Origin: Amphiscolops sp. MND2022
Taxonomy: Eukaryota
Assembly (NCBI GenBank): GCA_964187785.1
Contig: OZ076409.1
Coordinates: forward strand, 36,892,001-36,956,000
DNA: 64,000 nucleotides
Direction: 5' to 3'
Below, piece by piece: positions 12,898 through 24,022 of the stretch. Each line of letters starts with the position of its first letter. Position 1 is the stretch's first letter. The position numbers and the translations under genes were made by a program. The notes under the pieces are model-generated. The model was not told the DNA's origin. It worked only from the letters and a program-made list of their open reading frames with translations, and searched no databases.

Positions 12898-13104
12898 ATT
12901 CTGCTGAAACCAGTGAAAAAGGACGAACTGGAGGAAAGACTGGCATATGAGGCCCCCGTGTACAAGACCAGTGAGAGAAGGGGCACTCTTTCAACAACCG
13001 GCCACTCAACCAACTTTGTACTGGATATGCGTCTCCCTACCGAGAAGCCCCCATCCCACTGGATTCGACAGGGTGTCGCCTTACTCTGCCAACTGGACAA
13101 CTAA
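12898..13104 (+). CDS. DNAH7: Axonemal dynein heavy chain, terminal coding exon
   Basis: tttgaag|ATT...; [22 protein letters not shown]...[15 protein letters not shown] is the conserved inner-arm dynein C-terminus. Confidence 0.92.
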   Translation: MLLKPVKKDELEERLAYEAPVYKTSERRGTLSTTGHSTNFVLDMRLPTEKPPSHWIRQGVALLCQLDN

Positions 13105-13284
13105 AGCTCCGGACCGTTCCGGTCTTCAATTGTCTCGATGACAATACTCTGTTTCTGAATATCAGCTAAATCTTGTTTAAAGAACGTACCATCAAAGTTA
13201 TGAACAAATAACTTGAATTCATGATAGACTAGGCAAAATACCTCATGAATTAATTTGCGAAGTATAAACAATTACCCAAATATA

Positions 13285-13571
13285 CAGTAGCGTTCTAAAA
13301 CATCGCAACTCCATTTCTTAAACTTGCAAATTTCAAATCCAAATATTTTGAAACCTGTCACAAATACAAAAAATTGTCAGCTAGGAAAGTTTCTTAGCAT
13401 TTTATCTAGTTTACTAAAAAGTTTGGTTGAAATTTCTACCACCCATTCTGAAAAAGTTTAGAAAATGCAAATTTTAGAAAATTTTAATTGAAATTTGAGT
13501 TTTTCGATAATTGATTAGATTAAAATTTTTTGGATTTTTTTTCATTCGGAGACTCCCTTAGAACGCTACTG
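13285..13571. mobile_element. Tc1/mariner-type MITE
   Basis: 14-bp TIR CAGTAGCGTTCTAA/TTAGAACGCTACTG with TA TSD; duplicate at 18440-18726. Confidence 0.8.
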
Positions 13572-14422
13572 TATATACTTAAATGCGCGTTATTGGACAT
13601 ACATGGACTTTTTTGAGAAGGATTAAATCATAAATAGTAGAAACTATTTTTCCAGCACTTCATTTTATAATCATGCAATAAATCAATTATTTCTCCATTT
13701 TAGCAGTAAATTTATTAAACATACCTATATCATAATACTTGAAAACATGATTAAGAATGCGTTTCTGAATGAAAATTTTCATTTTTGCAATTGAAATTTA
13801 ATTCATCTCATTTCTAGCGAAGGATTTTTTCATGTTTTCACAGTATTCATCTCTTCATCGCTACACATATGGAACATTAAACATGCCCCAATTCTATTTA
13901 TTTGATAAAAAATATTTTCGATATTTTCTTTGCAAGAAAAACACAAAATAATAATTACTTCAGCGTCATTGTAGAAAAATCAAGTTAGATAGGCAAGGAA
14001 ATAGCAGTTTAGGTGTGACATGATCACAATTTGCATGAGACGCAACACACACTTATTGCAGCACACTCGTGTTTTTCATAGCAGTTAATGTGAACAAGAA
14101 TTTCGGTGAAAAAGCCTTTAGGTCCAAAAAAGTAAAGCGGTGACAAGACCCGCGGTGACAAGCCATGTGCTTTCATGAACGGTCCATGCATGTTCCATGT
14201 TAATTCCATGCATGGTCCATCTAACTTTTGTCCTACACTCAATTCCAAAAAACCAAGAAGTGAAGAAAAATCTTTAGAAAATGAATAAAAATAAAACAAG
14301 AAGTTGAGTTGGATTGTACTTTGAACGAATTTCTCACTTCAGAAAGTTTTTGAAGCGAGGTTTCATACTATGCGGAGCGCAAAAACTTGACGAGTCTTGA
14401 TTTTTTATGGTTTTCGTGCATA

Positions 14423-16756
14423 TTTTTTAGTCGGCGCGTTTTCCTTTTAAGGAAAAATGCCCGACTATAGCAGTGACTTTTTTTTCTTCAGACTACAATC
14501 CTCACGCTGATCGGTCCACTTTTCTTACAATTCTTACAAATCTTAAAATCTTACAATTCTGACTTAGCAAATTTAAATAAAATACTTTAAAAGCTTGCGA
14601 AGTAGTATTTTTACATCATCTAAGACATTCAAAGGGACCAAAGGGACTTCGAGTATTTTTGGCTCTGTGAGACTTTTTTTCGAAAAATTTTTAATGTCTC
14701 AAAAGGGTTCCCCTTCGAGTTTTCTCATATTTTGCAACTGAATGTATGTTAATCAATCCCAAAGGGTCCCCCTTCTACATTTTTTGGCACTATGCGACTT
14801 TTTTTGATGAAATGTTGTGTGTGGATGAGCAAATAGTACCCACTAAAACCCGCAGAACTACTCTGCGCCAGTACAACCCCAAAAAACCGAAGAAGTGGGG
14901 TTTCAAAATTTTCATGCTTTGTGGTCAAAGTGGGATTGTTCACAATATCGAGTTCTATCTTGGAAAAGACCATAACAGAGAAGAACCGTCAACTCTAAGT
15001 GCATCCAGTGCTGTTGTAGCACGTTTAGCCAGCATTGTGCCGGATCATGGAAATTTCAAGCTTTTTTATGACAACTGGTTCAGTTCTCTCGAACTTCTTG
15101 AGGAATTGTCCAAAAGATCCATCTTCACACTTTCAACCATCAGGCTTCAACGAATTCCTTCCCTGTCGTTTCCATCCGATACCGAGATGCGAAAAACTCT
15201 TGGAAGAGGTGGACACATTGAGAAACAAGCTGATTTTGGAGAATCTGCGGTAATATCTGCAGTGAAATGGTTCGATAACAAAGGTGTTCATTTAATGTCA
15301 AATTTTGTTGGCGCTGAACCAACGACAAAAGTTCAGCGTTATGATCGGAAAACAAAAACCTTTTTGGAGATAGATTGTCCACAAATAGTGCGCACGTACA
15401 ACAAATTTATGGGAGGAATTGATTCTTTCGACGCGTATATAGCTCTCTACCGAATCAAAATAAAAACAACGACCAAATTCCACAAACGCATCTTCTTTCA
15501 TATGTTAGATATGTTCATAGTGAATGCTTGGCTGCTCTATAGAAGAGATTGCTCAGACCTAGGCGTGCCTAAACGGGAATGGCGTTGTCTCTGGGATTTC
15601 AAAGCTGAAGTTACTGATTATTTGAGTCGCGGTGGTACTCTCAAGCGTCAACGATTTTCTGAAGTTTCTCACGGTTATCTTATCAAAATTAAAAGGGGAA
15701 AAGCAGCACCACTGCCTGCTGAGAGCATTAGACGAGATGGTCTAGATCATTTAGTCCGGCGATCTTCGACAAGAGGCATGTGCAAGTACCCGGGTTGTGG
15801 CAGCAAAGTGTACACTATTTGCCACAAATGTTCGAACGAAGACAACGAAATTCACTTGTGTGCTTCACAAAACGATTGTTTCTACACTTTTCATATCAAC
15901 TGACTGTTCAAATCGATGAAAAACATTTTTCATAATTTTTTTCCTGGAAGAAGAAAATTTTGGGAAATAAAGGGTTAAAATACTTGCGAAGTAGTTTTTT
16001 TACATCATCTTAGAAACTCAAAGGGACCAAAGGGTACGCCCTCCTTAGAGTATTTTCGGCTCTGTGAGACTTTTTTTCGAAAAAATTTTTAATGTCTCAA
16101 AAGGGTCCCCCCTTCGAGTTTTCTCATATTTTGCAAATGAATGTATGTTAATCAATCCCAAAGGGTCCCCTCTTCTACATTTTTTGGCAATATGCGACTT
16201 TTTTTGAAAGAATTTTTTTTTCAAAAATTACAAGCTTTTTCCCAAAAAAATGTTTTGCGCTTTTTGAGCCTAAGATATGCGTCTAAAGTCGGCGCCATAT
16301 CTAAGGCTCAAAAAGCGTAAAACGCTTTTTTTGGAAAAAAATTGAAATTTTTGAAAAAAAATTTCTTTCAAAAGAAGTCGCATAGTGCCGAAAAATGTAA
16401 AAGGGGGGACCCTTCTGGATTTCTTAACAAACATTCCGTTGCAAAATATCAAAAAACTCAAGGGGGGCCCTTTGGGGACATTAAAAAAATTTCGAAAAAA
16501 GTCGCACAGTGCCGAAAAAAATCCAAAGGGGGGACCCTTTGGGCACGTCCGGTTTTGTCTGTTTCCTTGAAAAAGTAAAAAATGAAAGGGGGGACCCTTT
16601 GGAGTAAAGTTTGCCTTGGGCGGACTTGGCCTCAGGTGCTCTGCTCAGGATTGTAAAAAGTGGACCGATCAGTGTGAGGATTGTAGTCTGAAGAAAAAAA
16701 AAGGTCACTGCTATAGTCGGGCATTTTTCCCTTAATGGAAAAGCGCCGACTAAAAA
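14423..16756. mobile_element. HINE-like foldback composite carrying a piggyBac 3' portion (copy A)
   Basis: Both ends are HINE 5' termini in inverted orientation (ttttagtcggcgc...gcgccgactaaaa, ~100-bp inverted match); inverted junction at ~16262-16320. Confidence 0.7.
14746..15903 (+). CDS. piggyBac transposase, N-terminally truncated (copy 1)
   Basis: VDEQ / YDNWF / MGGIDSFD catalytic aspartates, KPKKWGFK motif, C-terminal Cys-rich domain; element end GGGAAATAAAGGG|TTAA at 15974. Confidence 0.9.
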   Translation: MLINPKGSPFYIFWHYATFFDEMLCVDEQIVPTKTRRTTLRQYNPKKPKKWGFKIFMLCGQSGIVHNIEFYLGKDHNREEPSTLSASSAVVARLASIVPDHGNFKLFYDNWFSSLELLEELSKRSIFTLSTIRLQRIPSLSFPSDTEMRKTLGRGGHIEKQADFGESAVISAVKWFDNKGVHLMSNFVGAEPTTKVQRYDRKTKTFLEIDCPQIVRTYNKFMGGIDSFDAYIALYRIKIKTTTKFHKRIFFHMLDMFIVNAWLLYRRDCSDLGVPKREWRCLWDFKAEVTDYLSRGGTLKRQRFSEVSHGYLIKIKRGKAAPLPAESIRRDGLDHLVRRSSTRGMCKYPGCGSKVYTICHKCSNEDNEIHLCASQNDCFYTFHIN

Positions 16757-18052
16757 TTAACCTTTGATTGATTTGAATTGTGTACGGTATTTATTTTTTT
16801 CTTCTGATATTGAAATATTAAGCATATCTGCATTTTTTTTGGCATTGTTGAAAATTCGAGTTTCCTCAAAAATACGAAAACTGTGTAACGTCACGCTCTA
16901 AAATGCGATTTTAACATGTTGCAGAAATTGGTGAAAAACTCTATCCGGCGTTTGACGTGGTATTGGGCATGTAATTTTCGCTGTTTCCGTCAATTTGCAT
17001 GTATATTGAAGACAAAGGCAGACCGAGAGCCAAGGACCAAGACCGAGAAAACCTGAAAGAAGCCGAAAACTGAAAAAAACTTTTTGACATCGCTATTTTA
17101 TTTCGCTGATTGCTAAACCGATAATTCCGAATTAGCTATTTCGCTGAATTTTTTTTCCGAACTATTGGTGTTTGTTTTTAAGTATATTTTGAAATTAAAT
17201 GATAACTTTGCAATTACTTTTGTAAAACCCACGAATTATGAAAAATCAAAACCAAAAGTTGAACTTTTTGAACTTTTTGAAATTCATTTGTAACTCCGTG
17301 AACGATTCTAAGTTGGTTTTGATTTTGGACAATTTATTTGTTGTCGCAAATTTGAATCGCTGATGAAATCGCTGAAAAATTCCCGTGAGGTCGCTAATTC
17401 GCTAAATCGCTAATAAGCGGTGTCAAAACTCTGCTTGGATTAAAAGTGAATAACAGAAGATCATGATACTTGTGCCCGGAGTGTGTTGCGGTTATTGCAA
17501 CCGAGATCGTTTGAAATAAACACCATTCCACCAATCTTGCTTGGCTTTGGCCGTATCAATTTGCAGGATAATAATGCCATTGCTTAAACCTGAATAAAAA
17601 CTTTATAGAAAAAAAAACGTTTTCGTAGCCCCGAAAAGTTGAAAAATTGCTGTTTGAAGTTGTATTTTGGCATTTTGAAACGAGCAAACGTCTACTTTTT
17701 TGAATAGGGAGATTCAATGTACAAAGCAAACGACTAACGTCAAACTATTTCTCAACTTGAGTCGGTCGACATACATTTGTTTCTGCACTTGCTATCATCA
17801 TTCGTTATTGCACAAATTTAACAATTATTTCGAATATGTTGAATAATAATATTTGAATTATGATTTATATACCCATTTTATGATACTAATTTTTTTTAAA
17901 TTTTGCCGCGCCACAGTATTTATGTAGGTCGTAACGTTTACAGTTACACGTGTAGTTTGTAAGAAAATTTGCCATGAGGTCACCAATTTTTTCTTTTTGC
18001 TTATACTTGGAAAGCGGGGAGTCAAAAAGTTGATGCATGTATGTTTTTGAAG

Positions 18053-18259
18053 ATTCTGCTGAAACCAGTGAAAAAGGACGAACTGAAGGAAAGACTGGCT
18101 TATGAGGCCCCCGTGTACAAGACCAGTGAGAGAAGGGGCACTCTTTCAACAACCGGCCACTCAACCAACTTTGTACTGGATATGCGTCTCCCAACCGAGA
18201 AGCCCCCATCCCACTGGATTCGACAGGGTGTCGCCTTACTCTGCCAACTGGACAACTAA
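18053..18259 (+). CDS. Duplicated copy of the dynein terminal exon (alternative last exon or orphan)
   Basis: Near-identical to 12898-13104 with the same acceptor and stop; one E>K change; lies in segmental duplicate B. Confidence 0.7.
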   Translation: MLLKPVKKDELKERLAYEAPVYKTSERRGTLSTTGHSTNFVLDMRLPTEKPPSHWIRQGVALLCQLDN

Positions 18260-19752
18260 AGCTCCGGACCGTTCCGGTCTTCAATTGTCTCGATGACAAT
18301 ACTCTGTTTCTGAATATCAGCTAAATCTTGTTTAAAGAACGTACCATCAAAGTTTTGAACAAATAACTTGAATTCATGATAGACTAGGCAAAATACCTCA
18401 TGAATTAATTTGCGAAGTATAAACAATTACCCAAACATACAGTAGCGTTCTAAAACATCGCAACTCCATTTCTTAAACTTGCAAATTTCAAATCCAAATA
18501 TTTTGAAACCTGTCACAAATACAAAAAATTGTCAGCTAGGAAAGTTTCTTAGCATTTTATCTAGTTTACTAAAAAGTTTGTTTGAAATTTCTACCACCCA
18601 TACTGAAAAAGTTTAGAAAATGCAAATTTTAGAAAATTTTAATTGAAATTTGAGTTTTTCGATAATTGAGTAGATTAAAATTTTTTGGATTTTTTTTCAT
18701 TCGGAGACTCCCTTAGAACGCTACTGTATATACTTAAATGCGCGTTATTGGACATACATGGACTTTTTTGAGAAGAATTCAATCATAAGTAGTAAAAACT
18801 ATTTGTTTCAGCACTTCATTTTATAATCATGCAATAAATCAATTATTTCTCCATTTTAGCAGTAAATTTATTAAACATAGCTATAACATAATACTTGAAA
18901 ACATGATTAAGAATGCGTTTCTGAATGAAAATTTTCATTTTTGCAATTGAAATTTAATTCATCTCATTTCTAGCGAAGGATTTTTTCATGTTTTCACAGT
19001 ATTCAGCTCCTCATCGCTACACATATGGAACATTAAACATGCCCCAATTGTATTTGTTTGATAAAAAATATTTTTCGATAGTTTTTTTGCAAGAAAAACA
19101 CAAAATAGTAATTACTTCAGCGTCATTGTAGAAAAATTAGGTTAGATAAGCAAGGAAATAGCAGTTTAGATGTGACATGATCACAATTTGCATGAGACGC
19201 AACACACACTTATTGCAGCACACTTGTGTTTTTCATAGCAGTTAATGTGAACAACAATTTCGGTGAAAAAGCCTTTAGGTCCAAAAAAGTAAAGCGGTGA
19301 CAAGACCGCGGTGACAAGCCATGTGCTTTCATGAACGGTCCATGCATGTTCCATGTTAATTCCATGCATGGTCCATCTAACTTTTGTCCTACACTCAATT
19401 CCAAAAAACCAAGAAGTGAAGAAAAATCTTTAGAAAAAGAATAAAAATAAAACAAGAAGTTGAGTTGGATTGTACTTTGAACGAATTTCTCAATTCAGAA
19501 AGTTTTTGAAGCGAAGTTTCATACTATGCGGAGCGCAAAAACTTGACGAGTCTTGATTTTTTATGGTTTTCGTGCATATTTTTTAGTCGGCGCGTTTTCC
19601 TTTCAAGGAAAAATGCCCGACTATAGCAGTGACCTTTTTTTTTCTTCATACTACAATCCTCACGCTGATCGGTCCATTTTTCTTACAATTCTTACAAATC
19701 TTAAAATCTTACAATTCTGTTTTTGCAAATTTAAATAAAATACTTTAAAAGC

Positions 19753-21063
19753 TTGCGAAGTAGTATTTTTACATCATCTAAGAAATTCAAAGGGACCAAA
19801 GGGACTTCGGGTATTTTTGGCTCTGTGAGACTTTTTTTCGAAAAAATTTTTAATGTCTCAAAAGGGTCCCCCCTTCGAGTTTTCTCATATTTTGCAACTG
19901 AATGTATGTTAATCAATCCCAAAGGGTCCCCCCTTCTACATTTTTTGGCACTATGCGACTTTTTTGATGAAATGTTGTGTGTGGATGAGCAAATAGTACC
20001 CACTAAAACCCGCAGAACTACTCTGCGCCAGTACAACCCCAAAAAACCGAAGAAGTGGGGTTTCAAAATTTTCATGCTTTGTGGTCAAAGTGGGATTGTT
20101 CACAATATCGAGTTCTATCTTGGAAAAGACCATAGCAGAGAAGAACCGTCAACTCTAAGTGCATCCAGTGCTGTTGTAGCACGTTTAGCCAGCATTGTGC
20201 CGGATCATGGAAATTTCAAGCTTTTTTATGACAACTGGTTCAGTTCTCTCGAACTTCTTGAGGAATTGTCCAAAAGATCCATCTTCACACTTTCAACCAT
20301 CAGGCTTCAACGAATTCCTTCCCTGTCGTTTCCATCCGATACCGAGATGCGAAAAACTCTTGGAAGAGGTGGACACATTGAGAAACAAGCTGATTTTGGA
20401 GAATCTGCGGTAATATCTGCAGTGAAATGGTTCGATAACAAAGGTGTTCATTTAATGTCAAATTTTGTTGGCGCTGAACCAACGACAAAAGTTCAGCGTT
20501 ATGATCGGAAAACAAAAACCTTTTTGGAGATAGATTGTCCACAAATAGTGCGCACGTACAACAAATTTATGGGAGGAATTGATTCTTTCGACGCGTATAT
20601 AGCTCTCTACCGAATCAAAATAAAAACAACGACCAAATTCCACAAACGCATCTTCTTTCATATCTTAGATATGTTCATAGTGAATGCTTGGCTGCTCTAT
20701 AGAAGAGATTGCTCAGACCTAGGCGTGCCTAAACGGGAATGGCGTTGTCTCTGGGATTTCAAAGCTGAAGTTACTGATTATTTGAGTCGCGGTGGTACTC
20801 TCAAGCGTAAACGATTTTCTGAAGTTTCTCACGGTTATCTTATCAAAATTAAAAGGGGAAAAGCAGCACCACTGCCTGCTGAGAGCATTAGACGAGATGG
20901 TCTAGATCATTTAGTCCGGCGATTTTCGACAAGAGGCATGTGCAAGTACCCGGGTTGTGGCAGCAAAGTGTACACTATTTGCCACAAATGTTCGAACGAA
21001 GACAACGAAATTCACTTGTGTGCTTCACAAAACGATTGTTTCTACACTTTTCATATCAACTGA
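19753..21063 (+). CDS. piggyBac transposase, N-terminally truncated (copy 2)
   Basis: Same motifs; transposase similarity starts ~19968 and the upstream part is HINE-derived; end AGGG|TTAA at 21134. Confidence 0.88.
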   Translation: MRSSIFTSSKKFKGTKGTSGIFGSVRLFFEKIFNVSKGSPLRVFSYFATECMLINPKGSPLLHFLALCDFFDEMLCVDEQIVPTKTRRTTLRQYNPKKPKKWGFKIFMLCGQSGIVHNIEFYLGKDHSREEPSTLSASSAVVARLASIVPDHGNFKLFYDNWFSSLELLEELSKRSIFTLSTIRLQRIPSLSFPSDTEMRKTLGRGGHIEKQADFGESAVISAVKWFDNKGVHLMSNFVGAEPTTKVQRYDRKTKTFLEIDCPQIVRTYNKFMGGIDSFDAYIALYRIKIKTTTKFHKRIFFHILDMFIVNAWLLYRRDCSDLGVPKREWRCLWDFKAEVTDYLSRGGTLKRKRFSEVSHGYLIKIKRGKAAPLPAESIRRDGLDHLVRRFSTRGMCKYPGCGSKVYTICHKCSNEDNEIHLCASQNDCFYTFHIN

Positions 21064-21223
21064 CTGTTCAAATCGATGAAAAACATTTTTCATAATTTTT
21101 TTCCTGGAAGAAGAAAATTTTGGGAAATAAAGGGTTAAAATACTTGCGAAGTAGTTTTTTTACATCATCTTAGAAACTCAAAGGGACCAAAGGGTACGCC
21201 CTCCTTAGAGTATTTTCGGCTCT

Positions 21224-22462
21224 GTGAGACTTTTTTTCGAAAAATTTTTTAATGTCTCAAAAGGGTCCCCGCTTCGAGTTTTCTCATATTTTGCAACTGA
21301 ATGTATGTTAATCAATCCCAAAGGGTCCCCCCTCTACATTTTTTGGCACTATGCGACTTTTTTTGATGAAATGTTGTGTGTGGATGAGCAAATAGTACCC
21401 ACTAAAACCCGCAGAACTACTCTGCGCCAGTACAACCCCAAAAAACCGAAGAAGTGGGGTTTCAAAATTTTCATGCTTTGTGGTCAAAGTGGGATTGTTC
21501 ACAATATCGAGTTCAATTTTGGAAAAGACCATAACAGAGAAGAACCGTCAACTCTAAGTGCATCCTGTGCTGTTGTAGCACGTTTAGCCAGCATTGTGCC
21601 GGATCATGGAAATTTCAAGCTTTTTTATGACAACTGGTTCAGTTCTCTCGAACTTCTTGAGGAATTGTCCAAAAGATCCATCTTCACACTTTCAACCATC
21701 AGATTTCAACGAATTCCTTCCCTGTCGTTTCCATCCGATACCGAGATGCGAAAAACTCTTGGAAGAGGTGGACACATTGAGAAACAAGCTGATTTTGGAG
21801 AATCTGCGGTAATATCTGCAGTGAAATGGTTCGATAACAAAGGTGTTCATTTAATGTCAAATTTTGTTGGCGCTGAACCAACGACAAAAGTTCAGCGTTA
21901 TGATCGGAAAACAAAAACCTTTTTGGAGATAGATTGTCCACAAATAGTGCGCACGTACAACAAATTTATGGGAGGAATTGATTCTTTCGACGCGTATATA
22001 GCTCTCTACCGAATCAAAATAAAAACAACGACCAAATTCCACAAACGCATCTTCTTTCATATCTTAGATATGTTCATAGTGAATGCTTGGCTGCTCTATA
22101 GAAGAGATTGCTCAGACCTAGGCGTGCCTAAACGGGAATGGCGTTGTCTCTGGGATTTCAAAGCTGAAGTTGCTGAATATTTGAGTCGCGGTGGTTCTCT
22201 CAAGCGTCAACGATTTTCTGAAGTTTCTCACGGTTATCTTATCAAAATTAAAAGGGGAAAAGCAGCACCACTGCCTGCTGAGAGCATTAGACGAGATGGT
22301 CTAGATCATTTAGTCCGGCGATCTTCGACAAGAGGCATGTGCAAGTACCCGGGTTGTGGCAGCAAAGTGTACACTATTTGCCACAAATGTTCGAACGAAG
22401 ACAACGAAATTCACTTGTGTGCTTCACAAAACGATTGTTTCTACACTTTTCATATCAACTGA
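21224..22462 (+). CDS. piggyBac transposase, N-terminally truncated (copy 3)
   Basis: Same motifs; complete 3' subterminal region; end AGGG|TTAA at 22693. Confidence 0.88.
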   Translation: MRLFFEKFFNVSKGSPLRVFSYFATECMLINPKGSPLYIFWHYATFFDEMLCVDEQIVPTKTRRTTLRQYNPKKPKKWGFKIFMLCGQSGIVHNIEFNFGKDHNREEPSTLSASCAVVARLASIVPDHGNFKLFYDNWFSSLELLEELSKRSIFTLSTIRFQRIPSLSFPSDTEMRKTLGRGGHIEKQADFGESAVISAVKWFDNKGVHLMSNFVGAEPTTKVQRYDRKTKTFLEIDCPQIVRTYNKFMGGIDSFDAYIALYRIKIKTTTKFHKRIFFHILDMFIVNAWLLYRRDCSDLGVPKREWRCLWDFKAEVAEYLSRGGSLKRQRFSEVSHGYLIKIKRGKAAPLPAESIRRDGLDHLVRRSSTRGMCKYPGCGSKVYTICHKCSNEDNEIHLCASQNDCFYTFHIN

Positions 22463-22930
22463 CTGTTCAAATCGATGAAAAACATTTTTCATAATTTTTT
22501 TCCTGGAAGAAGAAAATTTCAAGTTAAAGTACAACATCCCAGGTGGACATTAATTTCCGGTACCTGGAACAGTAACTGAGAATCTTCGCTCTTGATGGGA
22601 CCTTGGCAACATTGTTAATCGATCATAATTGTGTTACTCTGACGGAAAAAACTTTAGATATTGCTCGGTTAAGATACTTTGGGAAATAAAGGGTTAAAAT
22701 ACTTGCGAAGTAGTTTTTTTACATCATCTTAGAAACTCAAAGGGACCAAAGGGTACGCCCTCCTTAGAGTATTTTCGGCTCTGTGAGACTTTTTTTCGAA
22801 AAAATTTTTAATGTCTCAAAAGGGTCCCCCCTTCGAGTTTTCTCATATTTTGCAACTGAATGTATGTTAATCAATCCCAAAGGGTCCCCCCTTCTACATT
22901 TTTTGGCACTATGCGACTTTTTTTGATGAA

Positions 22931-24022
22931 ATGTTGTGTGTGGATGAGCAAATAGTACCCACTAAAACCCGCAGAACTACTCTGCGCCAGTACAACCCCA
23001 AAAAACCGAAGAAGTGGGGCTTCAAAATTTTCATGTTTTGTGGTCAAAGTGGGATTGTTCACAATATCGAGTTCTATCTTGGAAAAGACCATAACAGAGA
23101 AGAACCGTCAACTCTAAGTGCATCCTGTGCTGTTGTAGCACGTTTAGCCAGCATTGTGCCGGATCATGGAAATTTCAAGCTTTTTTATGACAACTGGTTC
23201 AGTTCTCTCGAACTTCTTGAGGAATTGTCCAAAATATCCATCTTCACACTTTCAACCATCAGGCTTCAACGAATGCCTTCCCTGTCGTTTCCATCCGATA
23301 CCGAGATGCGAAAAACTCTTGGAAGAGGTGGACACATTGAGAAACAAGCTGATTTTGGAGAATCTGCGGTAATATCTGCAGTGAAATGGTTCGATAACAA
23401 AGGTGTTCATTTAATGTCAAATTTTGTTGGCGCTGAACCAACGACAAAAGTTCAGCGTTATGATCGGAAAACAAAAACCTTTTTGGAGATAGATTGTCCA
23501 CAAATAGTGCGCACGTACAACAAATTTATGGGAGGAATTGATTCTTTCGACGCGTATATAGCTCTCTACCGAATCAAAATAAAAACAACGACCAAATTCC
23601 ACAAACGCATCTTCTTTCATATCTTAGATATGTTCATAGTGAATGCTTGGCTGCTCTATAGAAGAGATTGCTCAGACCTAGGCGTGCCTAAACGGGAATG
23701 GCGTTGTCTCTGGGATTTCAAAGCTGAAGTTACTGATTATTTGAGTCGCGGTGGTACTCTCAAGCGTAAACGATTTTCTGAAGTTTCTCACGGTTATCTT
23801 ATCAAAATTAAAAGGGGAAAAGCAGCACCACTGCCTGCTGAGAGCATTAGACGAGATGGTCTAGATCATTTAGTCCGGCGATTTTCGACAAGAGGCATGT
23901 GCAAGTACCCGGGTTGTGGCAGCAAAGTGTACACTATTTGCCACAAATGTTCGAACGAAGACAACGAAATTCACTTGTGTGCTTCACAAAACGATTGTTT
24001 CTACACTTTTCATATCAACTGA
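22931..24022 (+). CDS. piggyBac transposase, N-terminally truncated (copy 4)
   Basis: Same motifs; subterminal palindrome GGACATTAATGTCC; end AGGG|TTAA at 24253. Confidence 0.88.
   Translation: MLCVDEQIVPTKTRRTTLRQYNPKKPKKWGFKIFMFCGQSGIVHNIEFYLGKDHNREEPSTLSASCAVVARLASIVPDHGNFKLFYDNWFSSLELLEELSKISIFTLSTIRLQRMPSLSFPSDTEMRKTLGRGGHIEKQADFGESAVISAVKWFDNKGVHLMSNFVGAEPTTKVQRYDRKTKTFLEIDCPQIVRTYNKFMGGIDSFDAYIALYRIKIKTTTKFHKRIFFHILDMFIVNAWLLYRRDCSDLGVPKREWRCLWDFKAEVTDYLSRGGTLKRKRFSEVSHGYLIKIKRGKAAPLPAESIRRDGLDHLVRRFSTRGMCKYPGCGSKVYTICHKCSNEDNEIHLCASQNDCFYTFHIN

Noticed and set aside
16270..16708. K/F/G-rich ORFs (also 24501-24987 and 25607-26616)
   Set aside because: Low-complexity HINE central repeats
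14746..24022. Autonomous piggyBac or domesticated PGBD gene
   Set aside because: No 5' TIR or N-terminal domain; a retained 3' TIR and TTAA indicate transposon fragments
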